Positions 1-8,500 of a stretch of DNA of 64,000 nucleotides are shown here, piece after piece. The translations under genes were made by a program, and so were the position numbers. The stretch lies in contig CBDUPA010000012.1 in assembly GCA_965368975.1 (NCBI GenBank), positions 1-64,000 on the forward strand. Direction: 5' to 3'. The stretch comes from an uncultured bacterium. Lineage in GTDB: Bacteria > Acidobacteriota > Thermoanaerobaculia > Multivoradales > JAHZIX01. How positions within the stretch are numbered: position 1 is the stretch's first letter; every line of letters starts with the position of its first letter. The notes below the pieces were generated by a model, which made no database searches, was not told the origin of the DNA, and was given only the letters and a program-made list of their open reading frames with translations.

Positions 1-64
1 AGCACAGGGGCGTCGAGTGGAGCGAGCACAGGGGCGTCGAGTGGAGCGAGCACAGAGGCGTCGA
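1..64 (+). repeat. 24-bp in-frame tandem repeat (HRGVEWSE x2.7) inside the NRPS
   Basis: agcacaggggcgtcgagtggagcg twice, then agcacagaggcgtcga. Confidence 0.9.
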
Positions 65-3000
65 CGACATCGCGGCGCACTGTGCGCGCTTGCGTCGGCG
101 GCCCTTCGACCTCGAGAACGGCCCCTTGCTGCGCGCCGACTTGGTGCACCCGACGGCGGGCGGTGAGGTGCTGGTGTTGACCTTGCCGGCCCTGTGCTGC
201 GACGCGCCGAGCTTGCGCCTGCTGGCGGCGCAACTGGCGCAGGAACTGGCGGCGGGGGCGAGCGCGGCGTCGGCGGACGAAGAGGAACTGCAGTACGCCG
301 ACCTCGCCGCCTGGTTCAACGAGCTGCTGCAAGCCGAGGAGACCGCCCCGGGCCGAGAGCACTGGCAGGCGCTGGAGCTCAGCGGCGTGCAGCCGGCGAC
401 GGTCGAGGCCGAGTTCACGCCGTGCTTCCTACGCTTGGCAGCGCCGCTGCAGCTGCCGCCCGAGATCGACGCCGCTGCCTTCCTGCTCGCCTGCTGGCAG
501 GGCGTGTTGCAGCGCCGCGGCATCGCCGGCCTGGGCAGCGAGCAGCCGGGGGTTCTCGGCTTTGCCGCCGATGGGCGCAAGTTCGCCGAACTTGAGGCCG
601 CCATCGGTCCGCTGACCCGCGTCGTGCCGCTGCCGCCTCTGCCGGCCACCGCGCGCACGCTGGCGCAGGCGCTGGCCGGTGCGGCGGACAGCGTCGCCCG
701 CGCCGTGCGCTTCCAGGACGCCTGTGCCTGGCAGGACCTGGACCTGCCGAGCTACCTGCCCGTGTGCCTCTTCCTGGAGACCCTGCAGCCCGCCCCCGAG
801 GGCGGGCTGCAGCCCGAGCCCGCGGCCGACTACGGCTTCGCCGAGCGCTTCGAGCTCTTGCTGCACGGTCGCCTGCAGACCACCGCCGCGGGGTGCCGGG
901 TCGAGCTCGAGTTGGGCTATGACGGCGCCCGCTTCGACGCGGCGGCGGCGGCGCGGCTGCGTGACGCCTTGGCGTGCTGGATGGATGCCGCGCTGGCGGC
1001 GGCCACGCGCACCCCTGCCGGCGGACCGGCCACGGCCGCGACCACGTTGTTGAGCGAGCTGCCGTGCCTCGGCGCCGCCGAATGGCAGCAGCTGTGCACG
1101 CTCGCCGGTGCCCCTGGGGCGCTAGCAGAAGCGGCGCTAGCACAAGCGGCGCTACCAGCGGTGCCCGCCGGAGTGGTCGAGCGCTTCGGCCAGGCGGTGC
1201 GCTTGCACCAGCAGCAGCCGGCGGTGCGCGACGGCAGCGACCAGCTGACCTATGGTGAACTGGCCCGCCGGGTACGACGCCTGGCGCGCCACCTGCGGGC
1301 GGCGGGGGTCGGAGCCGAGGTCGTGGTTGGCTTGGCCGCCGAGCGCCGGGTCGAGACGCTGCTCGTGCTGCTTGCCATCCTGGAAGCCGGCGGCGCGTAC
1401 CTGCCGCTGGATCCCGCTCTGCCGCAGGCTCGCCACCACGCCTTGCTGCACGCGGCAGGCGCGCGTTTCGTGGTCGGACGCGACCTGCCGGCGCTGCCGC
1501 CCGAGGTCGACGTCATCGACCTGCAAGCGCAGGCGGCAGCGATCGCGGCGCGGGATTCGAGCCCGCTCGACCTCGAGATCGATCCGCGTCAGCTGGCCTA
1601 CGTCCTCTTCACCTCCGGCTCCACCGGCCAGCCCAAGGGCGTGGCGGTCGAGCACCGGCAGCTGGCCGCCTACGTGGCCGCCGCCGAGCAGCGCCTCGAC
1701 TTCGGCCCGCCAGGGGAGCCTGGCGGCACGTTCGCCCTGGTGTCCAGCCTGGCGGCCGATCTCGGCAACACGATGATCTTTCCGGCCCTGTGCCGTGGTG
1801 GCTGCTTGCTGGTGGTGCCCGAGGCGACGATCTCGGACGCCAGCGCCCTGGCCGAGCTGTGCACCGCCGCGGCGGTCGACCACCTCAAGATCGTGCCCGG
1901 CCACCTGCAAGCCTTGCTCGAGGCACCGGGGGCCGAGCGCGTGCTACCGCGTCGGCGCCTGGTCTGTGGTGGCGAGGCGCTGCCGCCGCGTCTGCTCGAG
2001 CGCGTCGCCGAGCTGGCGCCCAGGACCCGCGTCTTCAACCACTACGGACCGACGGAGACGACAGTCGGCGTCGCGGCGGCGGAGATGGCGCCCGGCGATC
2101 CCGTGTCCCTGGGCCGGCCGCTGCCCGGGTGTCAGCTGTGGCTGGTCGATCGCCACCTGCGGCCGGTGGCGCTGGGCGCAAAGGGTGAGATCCTGGTCGG
2201 CGGCGCGCAGCTGGCGCGCGGCTATGCCGGTCGACCGGCCGCGACCGCCGCGCGCTTCGTGCCCGATGCGCTGGGCACCACTGCGCTGGGCACCACCGCC
2301 GGGGGGCGGCTCTACCGCACGGGTGACCTCGGTCGTCTGCGCGGCGACGGCGCTTTTGAGTTCCTGGGACGCACCGACAACCAGGTCAAGATCCGTGGCT
2401 ATCGCGTCGAGCTGGGCGAGGTGGAGAGCGCGTTGCGCCGGCTGCCCGGGGTGCGCGCCGCGGCCGCGCTGCTGCGCCGGGAGGGGCCGGCGGAACTGGT
2501 CGGGTATGTACACCTGGACAGCGAGGTTCACCTGGGGGACACCGCGCGCACGCCGGCCGAGCTGCGCGAACGGCTGGCGGCCGAGTTGCCGGACTACATG
2601 GTGCCGGCCGTCATCGTGCCGCTGGAGAGCTGGCCACGGACCGCCAACGGCAAGCTCGACCGCGCGGCTCTGCCGGCGCCGCCGCGCCCGAACCAGGCGG
2701 CGCACGAGCGGCCGCGCACGCCGGTGGAGGAGCAGGTGACGGAGCTGTGGCGGACGCTGTTCGAACGCGAGCAGATCGGTCTCGACGACGACTTCTTCGC
2801 CCTCGGCGGGCACTCGCTGCTGGCCATGCAGCTGACCGCGCGCCTGCGCCAGGCGTTGGGGGTCGAGCTGGCGGTCGACCAGGTGTTCCAGGCGCCGACA
2901 CCGCGTCTGCTGGCGCGTGCGGTGTCCACGGCGCTGAGCGCACAGGCTTCGTCGGCCGGCGGAGTCGAGGTGGCGCCGCCGATCGAGCGCCGGCCCGAGG

Positions 3001-4418
3001 GCGTCGCGATCCCTCTCTCGTTCGCCCAGGAGCGCCACTGGTTCTTGCAGCAGCTCGATCCGGCGAGCCCGCTCTACAACATCCGCGGTGCCTTGCGTGT
3101 GAAGGGGCCGCTCGACCTCGAAGTTCTGCGCACCTGTTTCGAACGGCTCGTCGAGCGCCACGAAGTCCTGCGCACGGCGTTTCCCAATACGGCCGCGGGG
3201 CCACGGCAGGAAGTCGTCGTCACGCCGCCGATGGCGCTGCCGCTGGTCGACTTCCAGCATTTCGAGGCGGCGGCGGAAGACCTGGCGATGGGGCTGGTGA
3301 CCCGCCTCGGCCTGGAACCCTTCGATCTCTGCCAGCCACCCTTGCTGCGCCTGCAGGCGCTGCGCCTGGCACCGCGTGAGCACCTGTTGGTGATCACCCT
3401 GCACCACATCGTCGCCGACCGCTGGGCTCTCGGCTTGCTGCAGCGCGAGCTGGCGGCGCTGTATCCGGCGCTGGTGGCCGGGCGGCCGTCGCCGCTGCCG
3501 CCGCTGCCGGTGCAGTACGCCGATTACGCCCACTGGCAGCGCGGCTGGCTGCGCGACGAGGTGCTCGAACACCAGCTGGATTGGTGGCGTCGAGAGCTGG
3601 CGGGTGCGCCACCGTTGCTGGAACTGCCGTTCGCACGTGCGCGACCGGCACGCCTGAGCGGTCGCAGCGGCCGCTGGCCGTTCCTGCTCGACGCCGAGAC
3701 CGCGGCCCGTCTCAAGCAGCTGGGCCGCGCGCAGGGCGCCACCTTCTTCCAGACGCTGCTGGCGCTCTTCCAGCTGCAGCTGCAAGGGCTGGTGGGGGCG
3801 GACGACGTGGTTGTCGGCTCGCCGGTCGCGGGCCGGGGGCAGGCCGAGACGGAGGATCTCGTGGGCTGCTTCATCAATGCCCTGGCCCTGCGCGCTCGCT
3901 TCGCCGAGGATCCCACGTTCCCGCAGCTGCTGGCGCAGGTGCGCGAGTCGCTGCTGGGGGCGTACCGCCACGCCCACCTGCCGTTCGAGCGCCTGGTGCA
4001 GGAGCTCAACCCTGAGCGCCAGGCCGGTGCCGCACCGGTTTTCCAGGTGGTGTTCAACTACGCTGACGCGCCGGTCGCCGCGCTCGACTTCGCGGGCTTG
4101 AGCTGGACGCCGCTGCGTCCCGAGAGCGTGTTCGACGCCAAGTACGACCTGGTCCTCGCCATGTTCGACAGCCCGGAAGGAGTGCGCTCTTTCCTGATCT
4201 ACAGCTTGGACCTGTTCGACGCCAGCGCCATGACGCGCATGGCCGAGCAGCTGTGTGCGCTCGCCGCGCGGCTCGTCGAGCATCCCGAGGCGCGGGTCTC
4301 GGAACTCACCGCAGCCCTGCGCCGCGACGAGCAGGCGTCGCGCCGGGACAGCGCCGAGCGCTTGCGCCAGCAACGAGGCAAGAAGCTCGCGGCGGCGCGC
4401 CGTCGCACGGTTCGCTAG
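1..4418 (+). CDS. NRPS, 5'-truncated by the window: interface (degenerate C) - A(Asp) - T - C
   Basis: The frame of ORF 90..4418 is open back to position 3 (HRGVEWSEHRGVEWSEHRGVDDIAAHCARL...), so the true start is outside the window. N-terminal C-like domain lacks HHxxxDG (LPALCCDA). A motifs YVLFTSGSTGQPKG, NHYGPTE, LYRTGDL. PCP FFALGGHSL. Terminal C domain HHIVADRW. Hand-read code DLTKVGHVGK is Asp-type. Confidence 0.93.
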   Translation, partial: HRGVEWSEHRGVEWSEHRGVDDIAAHCARLRRRPFDLENGPLLRADLVHPTAGGEVLVLTLPALCCDAPSLRLLAAQLAQELAAGASAASADEEELQYADLAAWFNELLQAEETAPGREHWQALELSGVQPATVEAEFTPCFLRLAAPLQLPPEIDAAAFLLACWQGVLQRRGIAGLGSEQPGVLGFAADGRKFAELEAAIGPLTRVVPLPPLPATARTLAQALAGAADSVARAVRFQDACAWQDLDLPSYLPVCLFLETLQPAPEGGLQPEPAADYGFAERFELLLHGRLQTTAAGCRVELELGYDGARFDAAAAARLRDALACWMDAALAAATRTPAGGPATAATTLLSELPCLGAAEWQQLCTLAGAPGALAEAALAQAALPAVPAGVVERFGQAVRLHQQQPAVRDGSDQLTYGELARRVRRLARHLRAAGVGAEVVVGLAAERRVETLLVLLAILEAGGAYLPLDPALPQARHHALLHAAGARFVVGRDLPALPPEVDVIDLQAQAAAIAARDSSPLDLEIDPRQLAYVLFTSGSTGQPKGVAVEHRQLAAYVAAAEQRLDFGPPGEPGGTFALVSSLAADLGNTMIFPALCRGGCLLVVPEATISDASALAELCTAAAVDHLKIVPGHLQALLEAPGAERVLPRRRLVCGGEALPPRLLERVAELAPRTRVFNHYGPTETTVGVAAAEMAPGDPVSLGRPLPGCQLWLVDRHLRPVALGAKGEILVGGAQLARGYAGRPAATAARFVPDALGTTALGTTAGGRLYRTGDLGRLRGDGAFEFLGRTDNQVKIRGYRVELGEVESALRRLPGVRAAAALLRREGPAELVGYVHLDSEVHLGDTARTPAELRERLAAELPDYMVPAVIVPLESWPRTANGKLDRAALPAPPRPNQAAHERPRTPVEEQVTELWRTLFEREQIGLDDDFFALGGHSLLAMQLTARLRQALGVELAVDQVFQAPTPRLLARAVSTALSAQASSAGGVEVAPPIERRPEGVAIPLSFAQERHWFLQQLDPASPLYNIRGALRVKGPLDLEVLRTCFERLVERHEVLRTAFPNTAAGPRQEVVVTPPMALPLVDFQHFEAAAEDLAMGLVTRLGLEPFDLCQPPLLRLQALRLAPREHLLVITLHHIVADRWALGLLQRELAALYPALVAGRPSPLPPLPVQYADYAHWQRGWLRDEVLEHQLDWWRRELAGAPPLLELPFARARPARLSGRSGRWPFLLDAETAARLKQLGRAQGATFFQTLLALFQLQLQGLVGADDVVVGSPVAGRGQAETEDLVGCFINALALRARFAEDPTFPQLLAQVRESLLGAYRHAHLPFERLVQELNPERQAGAAPVFQVVFNYADAPVAALDFAGLSWTPLRPESVFDAKYDLVLAMFDSPEGVRSFLIYSLDLFDASAMTRMAEQLCALAARLVEHPEARVSELTAALRRDEQASRRDSAERLRQQRGKKLAAARRRTVR

Positions 4419-4439
4419 CACCGTCGACGGACACGCCTT

Positions 4440-4487
4440 GCAGCACCAGAAGTCCGCAGCACCAGAAGTTCGCACAACAGAGTCCGC
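4440..4487. repeat. Intergenic 16-bp direct repeat (2 near-perfect copies, 1 degenerate)
   Basis: gcagcaccagaagtcc / gcagcaccagaagttc / gcacaacagagtccgc, between the NRPS stop and the hydroxylase start. Confidence 0.8.
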
Positions 4488-4508
4488 CAACCAGCCGAGG
4501 AGCGAGAG

Positions 4509-5561
4509 ATGAAAACGAAAGGCTCGATGAAGAAGAAGGGGCCCGGTGCCGTGCGCCGACGCGCGGTGACGGTGTCCACCGAGGACATGGTGCGCAAGAG
4601 CTACCTGGCCCCGGAGCAGACCCTGCCGCTGGTGGTCGAGGCGGCCACCGAAGGCCTCGACGTGATCGGCTGGGCGGCGGCCAACCGGGAGTGGGTCGAG
4701 CGCGAGTTGCTGGCCCATGGCGCCATCCTCTTCCGCAATGTCGGACTGGAGGACAGCGCAGCCTTCGAGCGCTTCTCGCGCACCGTCCTGCCGCACCGCG
4801 TCAACTATGTCGAGGGTTCGTCGCCGCGCATCTCCACCGGCGAGAAGGTCTACACCTCGACGGAGTACCCGGCCGAGGAGTTCGTCTCCATGCACAACGA
4901 GCTGTCCTACGCCCACAAGTGGCCGAGCAAGCTCATCTTCTACTGTGACGTCCAGCCCGCCGAAGGCGGTGAAACGCCGATCGCCGACAGCCGTGAGGTG
5001 CTACGCCGGCTCGCCCCGGACCTCGTCGAACGCTTCCGCCAGCGCGGCGTGCGCTACGTGCGCAACCTGCACGGCAGCCGCGGCGCCGGCCTGTCCTGGC
5101 AGACCGTGTTCGAGACCGAGGATCGTGACTTCGTCGAGCGCTACTGCACCGAGGGCGACATCCGCTTTCGCTGGACGGACAACGGAGGGCTGTGGACCGA
5201 GCAACTGCGGCCGGCCATCCGCCGCCACCCGGTCACCGGCGACGAAGTGTGGTTCAACCAGGTCGACCAATGGCATCCGTCCAACCTCACCGCCGAGGCA
5301 GCGCGCGTGCTGCTGGCCAGTCACGCGGTCGAAGACTTGCCGATCTGGTCGACCTTCGGCGACCAGGTCGCTTTCGACGACGCCGAGTTGGCGCAGATCC
5401 GCCAGGTGTTCGATGACGTGATGGTGCGCTTCCCCTGGCGCCAGGGAGACGCGTTGCTGGTCGACAACATGTTGGCTGCCCACGGCCGCATGCCCTTTGT
5501 CGGGCCGCGGCGTGTCCTGGTGGCCATGGGGGAATCCGGCCTCGAAGGTCAGGAGCTGTGA
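4509..5561 (+). CDS. TauD/TfdA-family Fe(II)/2-oxoglutarate dioxygenase, SyrP-like aminoacyl beta-hydroxylase
   Basis: HGAILFR, VYTSTEYP, H-x-E (MHNELSY), GGETPIAD, DNMLAAHGRMPF; RBS GAGGAG; lies between NRPS genes. Confidence 0.92.
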   Translation: MKTKGSMKKKGPGAVRRRAVTVSTEDMVRKSYLAPEQTLPLVVEAATEGLDVIGWAAANREWVERELLAHGAILFRNVGLEDSAAFERFSRTVLPHRVNYVEGSSPRISTGEKVYTSTEYPAEEFVSMHNELSYAHKWPSKLIFYCDVQPAEGGETPIADSREVLRRLAPDLVERFRQRGVRYVRNLHGSRGAGLSWQTVFETEDRDFVERYCTEGDIRFRWTDNGGLWTEQLRPAIRRHPVTGDEVWFNQVDQWHPSNLTAEAARVLLASHAVEDLPIWSTFGDQVAFDDAELAQIRQVFDDVMVRFPWRQGDALLVDNMLAAHGRMPFVGPRRVLVAMGESGLEGQEL

Positions 5562-5565
5562 ATCG

Positions 5566-8500
5566 ATGACGCAGACGCCAGCGCAGGGTAGTCTCGACGG
5601 GTTTCCACTATCGCCGCAACAGCGGCGCGCCTGGCGTGTCCTCGACGCCGGTGGTCCGGCGTGCGTGTGGACCGAGGTGAGCCTCGAGGGCGAGATCGAG
5701 GCGGCCGCCCTGGCGCGGGCGCTCGGTGACGTTGCCGAGCGCTGGGAGATCCTGCGCACGCGCTTCGCCCGCTTGCCGGGCATGGCGCTGCCGGTGCAGG
5801 TGATCGAGCCGCCGGCGCCGGTAGCGGTGCAGGAACAGGCCGTGGCCGGCGAGGCGCAGCTGCCGGAGCTGATCGGTATCTTGACCGCGACGGCACCCGC
5901 TGGCGACGCGGCGCCGCCGATCGCCTGTCACCTGGTGCGCACCGGTCCCGGCCGGGCGACCCTGCTGCTGCGCCTGTCACCGCTGATGGCCGACGGCACC
6001 GGACTCTCGTGCCTGGTCGACGAACTGGCCTCGAACCTCGGTCGCCAGCCGGCGGAGAGCGTGGAAGAAGAGGCGGAGATCCTGCAGTACGCTGACTTCG
6101 CCCAGTGGCAAAACGACGGGTTGACCGACGAAGACGGCGCCGAGGGACGGCAGCTGTGGCGCTCTTGCCCGTTGCCGGACGAGCTTCCGGAGCTGCCCTT
6201 CGAGCCGCCGTCGGTGGCGCCCGGTGCTGTCAGCACGCGTCGCCGCCAGCCGTTGCCGAAGGGCTGGGGCGCGCGTGCCGATGCGCTCGCCGAACAGCTC
6301 GACGTGCCCGTCGAGGCCGTCTTGCTGGCCGCCTGGCAGGTGCTCCTCGGGCGCGTCGCGGGTACCCGGCAGCCGCTCGTCTGGTGTGCGCTCGACGGCC
6401 GCGGCTACGACGAGCTGGAGCGCGCGCTCGGCCTCTACCACCGCTTCGTGCCGCTGATCGCCGATCTCGCGGCCACGGTGCGGACCCGCGACCTGATCGA
6501 GCGTCTGGGCGAGCGCCTGGAGGAGATGAGCCTGTGGCAGGAGTACCTGGCCTGGGACGTCGAGGATGCGGCCCCCGGCGAGGAGCCGCTGGAGCTACCC
6601 TGGGCGTTCGAGTCGACGGCGCTGCCGCTGCCGCGATCCGTGGCCGGCGTGCGCGTCGCGGTGCACCAGCAGGACGGCTGCGGTGAGCGCTGCGATCTGC
6701 GGCTGGCGGTCCACCGGGGCGAGCAGGGGCTGTCTGGCGAGCAGGAGCTGTCCGCCGACCTGTGGTTCGAGCACGCACGGCTCACCCCGGTCGCCGCCGA
6801 GCGCCTGGCCGAGAGCTTCGTCGCGCTGCTCGAACAGATCCTGGCCGAGCCCGAGCGGGCGCTGGCGGACCTCGACCTGCTGAGCCCGGCGCAGCGCCGG
6901 CAGGTGCTGCAGGAATGGGGGCACGGGCCGGCCGCCGAGGGGCCGCCGATCTCGGGCGTACCGGGCGTCGCCGAGCTGGTGCTGCGAGCCACGCAGGGCC
7001 GCGCTGACGCCATCGCCTACTGTCAGGGCGGCAGGGCGCTCAGCTACGGGGCCTTGGCGGCGCGCGTGGCGGCGCTGGCCGCCAACCTGCGGGACGCCGG
7101 CCTGCAACGCGAGGATCCGGTGGCGGTGTGCCTGCGTCGAGGTCCCGAGATGGCGGCGGCGTTCCTGGCGGTCCTGCGTGCCGGTGGCGTCGCCGTCGCG
7201 CTCTCTGCCGACCAGCCACCACGCCGGCTCGAGCGCGTGCTCGCGGACCTGCAGCCGCGCTGCATTCTGGCCGAAGAGGCGACCGTGCCGGCGCTGCCGC
7301 CCGGCGAGATCCCGCTGACGCTGGTCTCCTCCGTTCCCGTCGCGCCACTACCAGCAGCGCCAGAACCGGCGTTCCCGCCGCCGTTGCCGGAGCAGCTCGC
7401 CTACGTGGTCTACACCTCCGGCTCGCGCGGTGAGCCGAAGGGCATCGCCACGCCGCACAGTGGGGTGGTGAACTACCTGAGTCAGCTGGCGGGTGTCCTC
7501 GACCTGGGGCCGGGCGACTCCGTGCTGCAGCTGCCGGAACTCATCTATGACGCCTCGATGCGCGACCTGTGGACGCCCTTGCTGGGCGGCGCGCGCGTGG
7601 TGCTGGCCGAGGAAGCGCAGGTGCGCGATCCGGCGGCGCTGCTCGAGCTGATGCGGCTGCAGCGGGTCAGCGCCCTGCTGAGCGTCGTGCCGACGGTCCT
7701 GCGTGCACTGCTCGCTGCCGGCCGCGACAGCGTGCACGCGTGCCCGGCGGTGCACACCCTGCTGCTCAGCGGTGAGAAGCTGCGGCTCGAGGATGTCGAG
7801 GGGGCGCGCCGTCTGTTCGCGCCCGACGCCCGGGTGGTCAACCTCTACGGGCCGACCGAGGCCACCATGACCTCGACCGCCTACACGCTACCGCCCGCGG
7901 GTACCGCGCCCGCGGCGCACGCCGGCACGCTGGCGATCGGCCGTCCGATCACCGGGGTCGAGGTCTTCGTCACCGACGCCGCCGCGCGCCCGGTGCTGCC
8001 CGGCACGCCCGGTGAGGCGCTGATCGGTGGCGCCGGACTGGCCCGTGGCTACTGGCGGCAGCCGGCCCTCACGGCGGCCAGCTTCGGGCCCGATCCGTTC
8101 GCCACCGAGGCGGGGCGCCGGCTGCTGCACACCGGGGACCTGGTGCGCCACGACGACGGCGGCGAGCTGACGATCCTCGGCCGGCGCGATCAGCAGATCA
8201 AGCTGCGCGGCGTGCGCGTCGAACCGGGCGAGATCGAGGGCGAGCTGCGACGGCTCGACGGTGTGCGCGACGCGGTGGTGCTGGCACGCCAGGAGTCCGA
8301 GACCGCGCCGCCCTCGCTGACCGCCTGGGTGGTCACCGAGGATCCGCTGGCCGCCATCCCGCAGGACCAGCGCTACCAGCTGCCCAACGGCATGCCGATC
8401 CGCCACCTCAACCGCTACGAGACCGACTTTTTCTACCAGCAGATCTTCGAGGATCGGGTGGACGTCAAGAGCGGCTTGGATTTGCCACCCGGGGCCGTGG

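Noticed and set aside
90-1000. N-terminal C-like domains as starter (lipoinitiation), epimerisation or cyclisation domains
   Set aside because: They lack HHxxxDG and DxxxxD, lie mid-pathway after proteins ending in an intact C domain, and follow hydroxylase genes; interface domain fits better.
1944-4916. 990-aa antisense ORF, and similar ones (12459..15131, 15894..17975, 20100..22232, 25551..27866, 34485..36797, 37180..39447)
   Set aside because: Shadow frames opposite well-supported genes; expected in very GC-rich DNA and lacking any motifs.
5497-5565. Longer ORF-track starts (5497, 11060, 31262, 41835, 42006, 46386, 47390, 49126, 51425)
   Set aside because: Downstream starts have an RBS, stop-start overlap or a family-typical N-terminus; the extensions are low-complexity or overlap neighbours.
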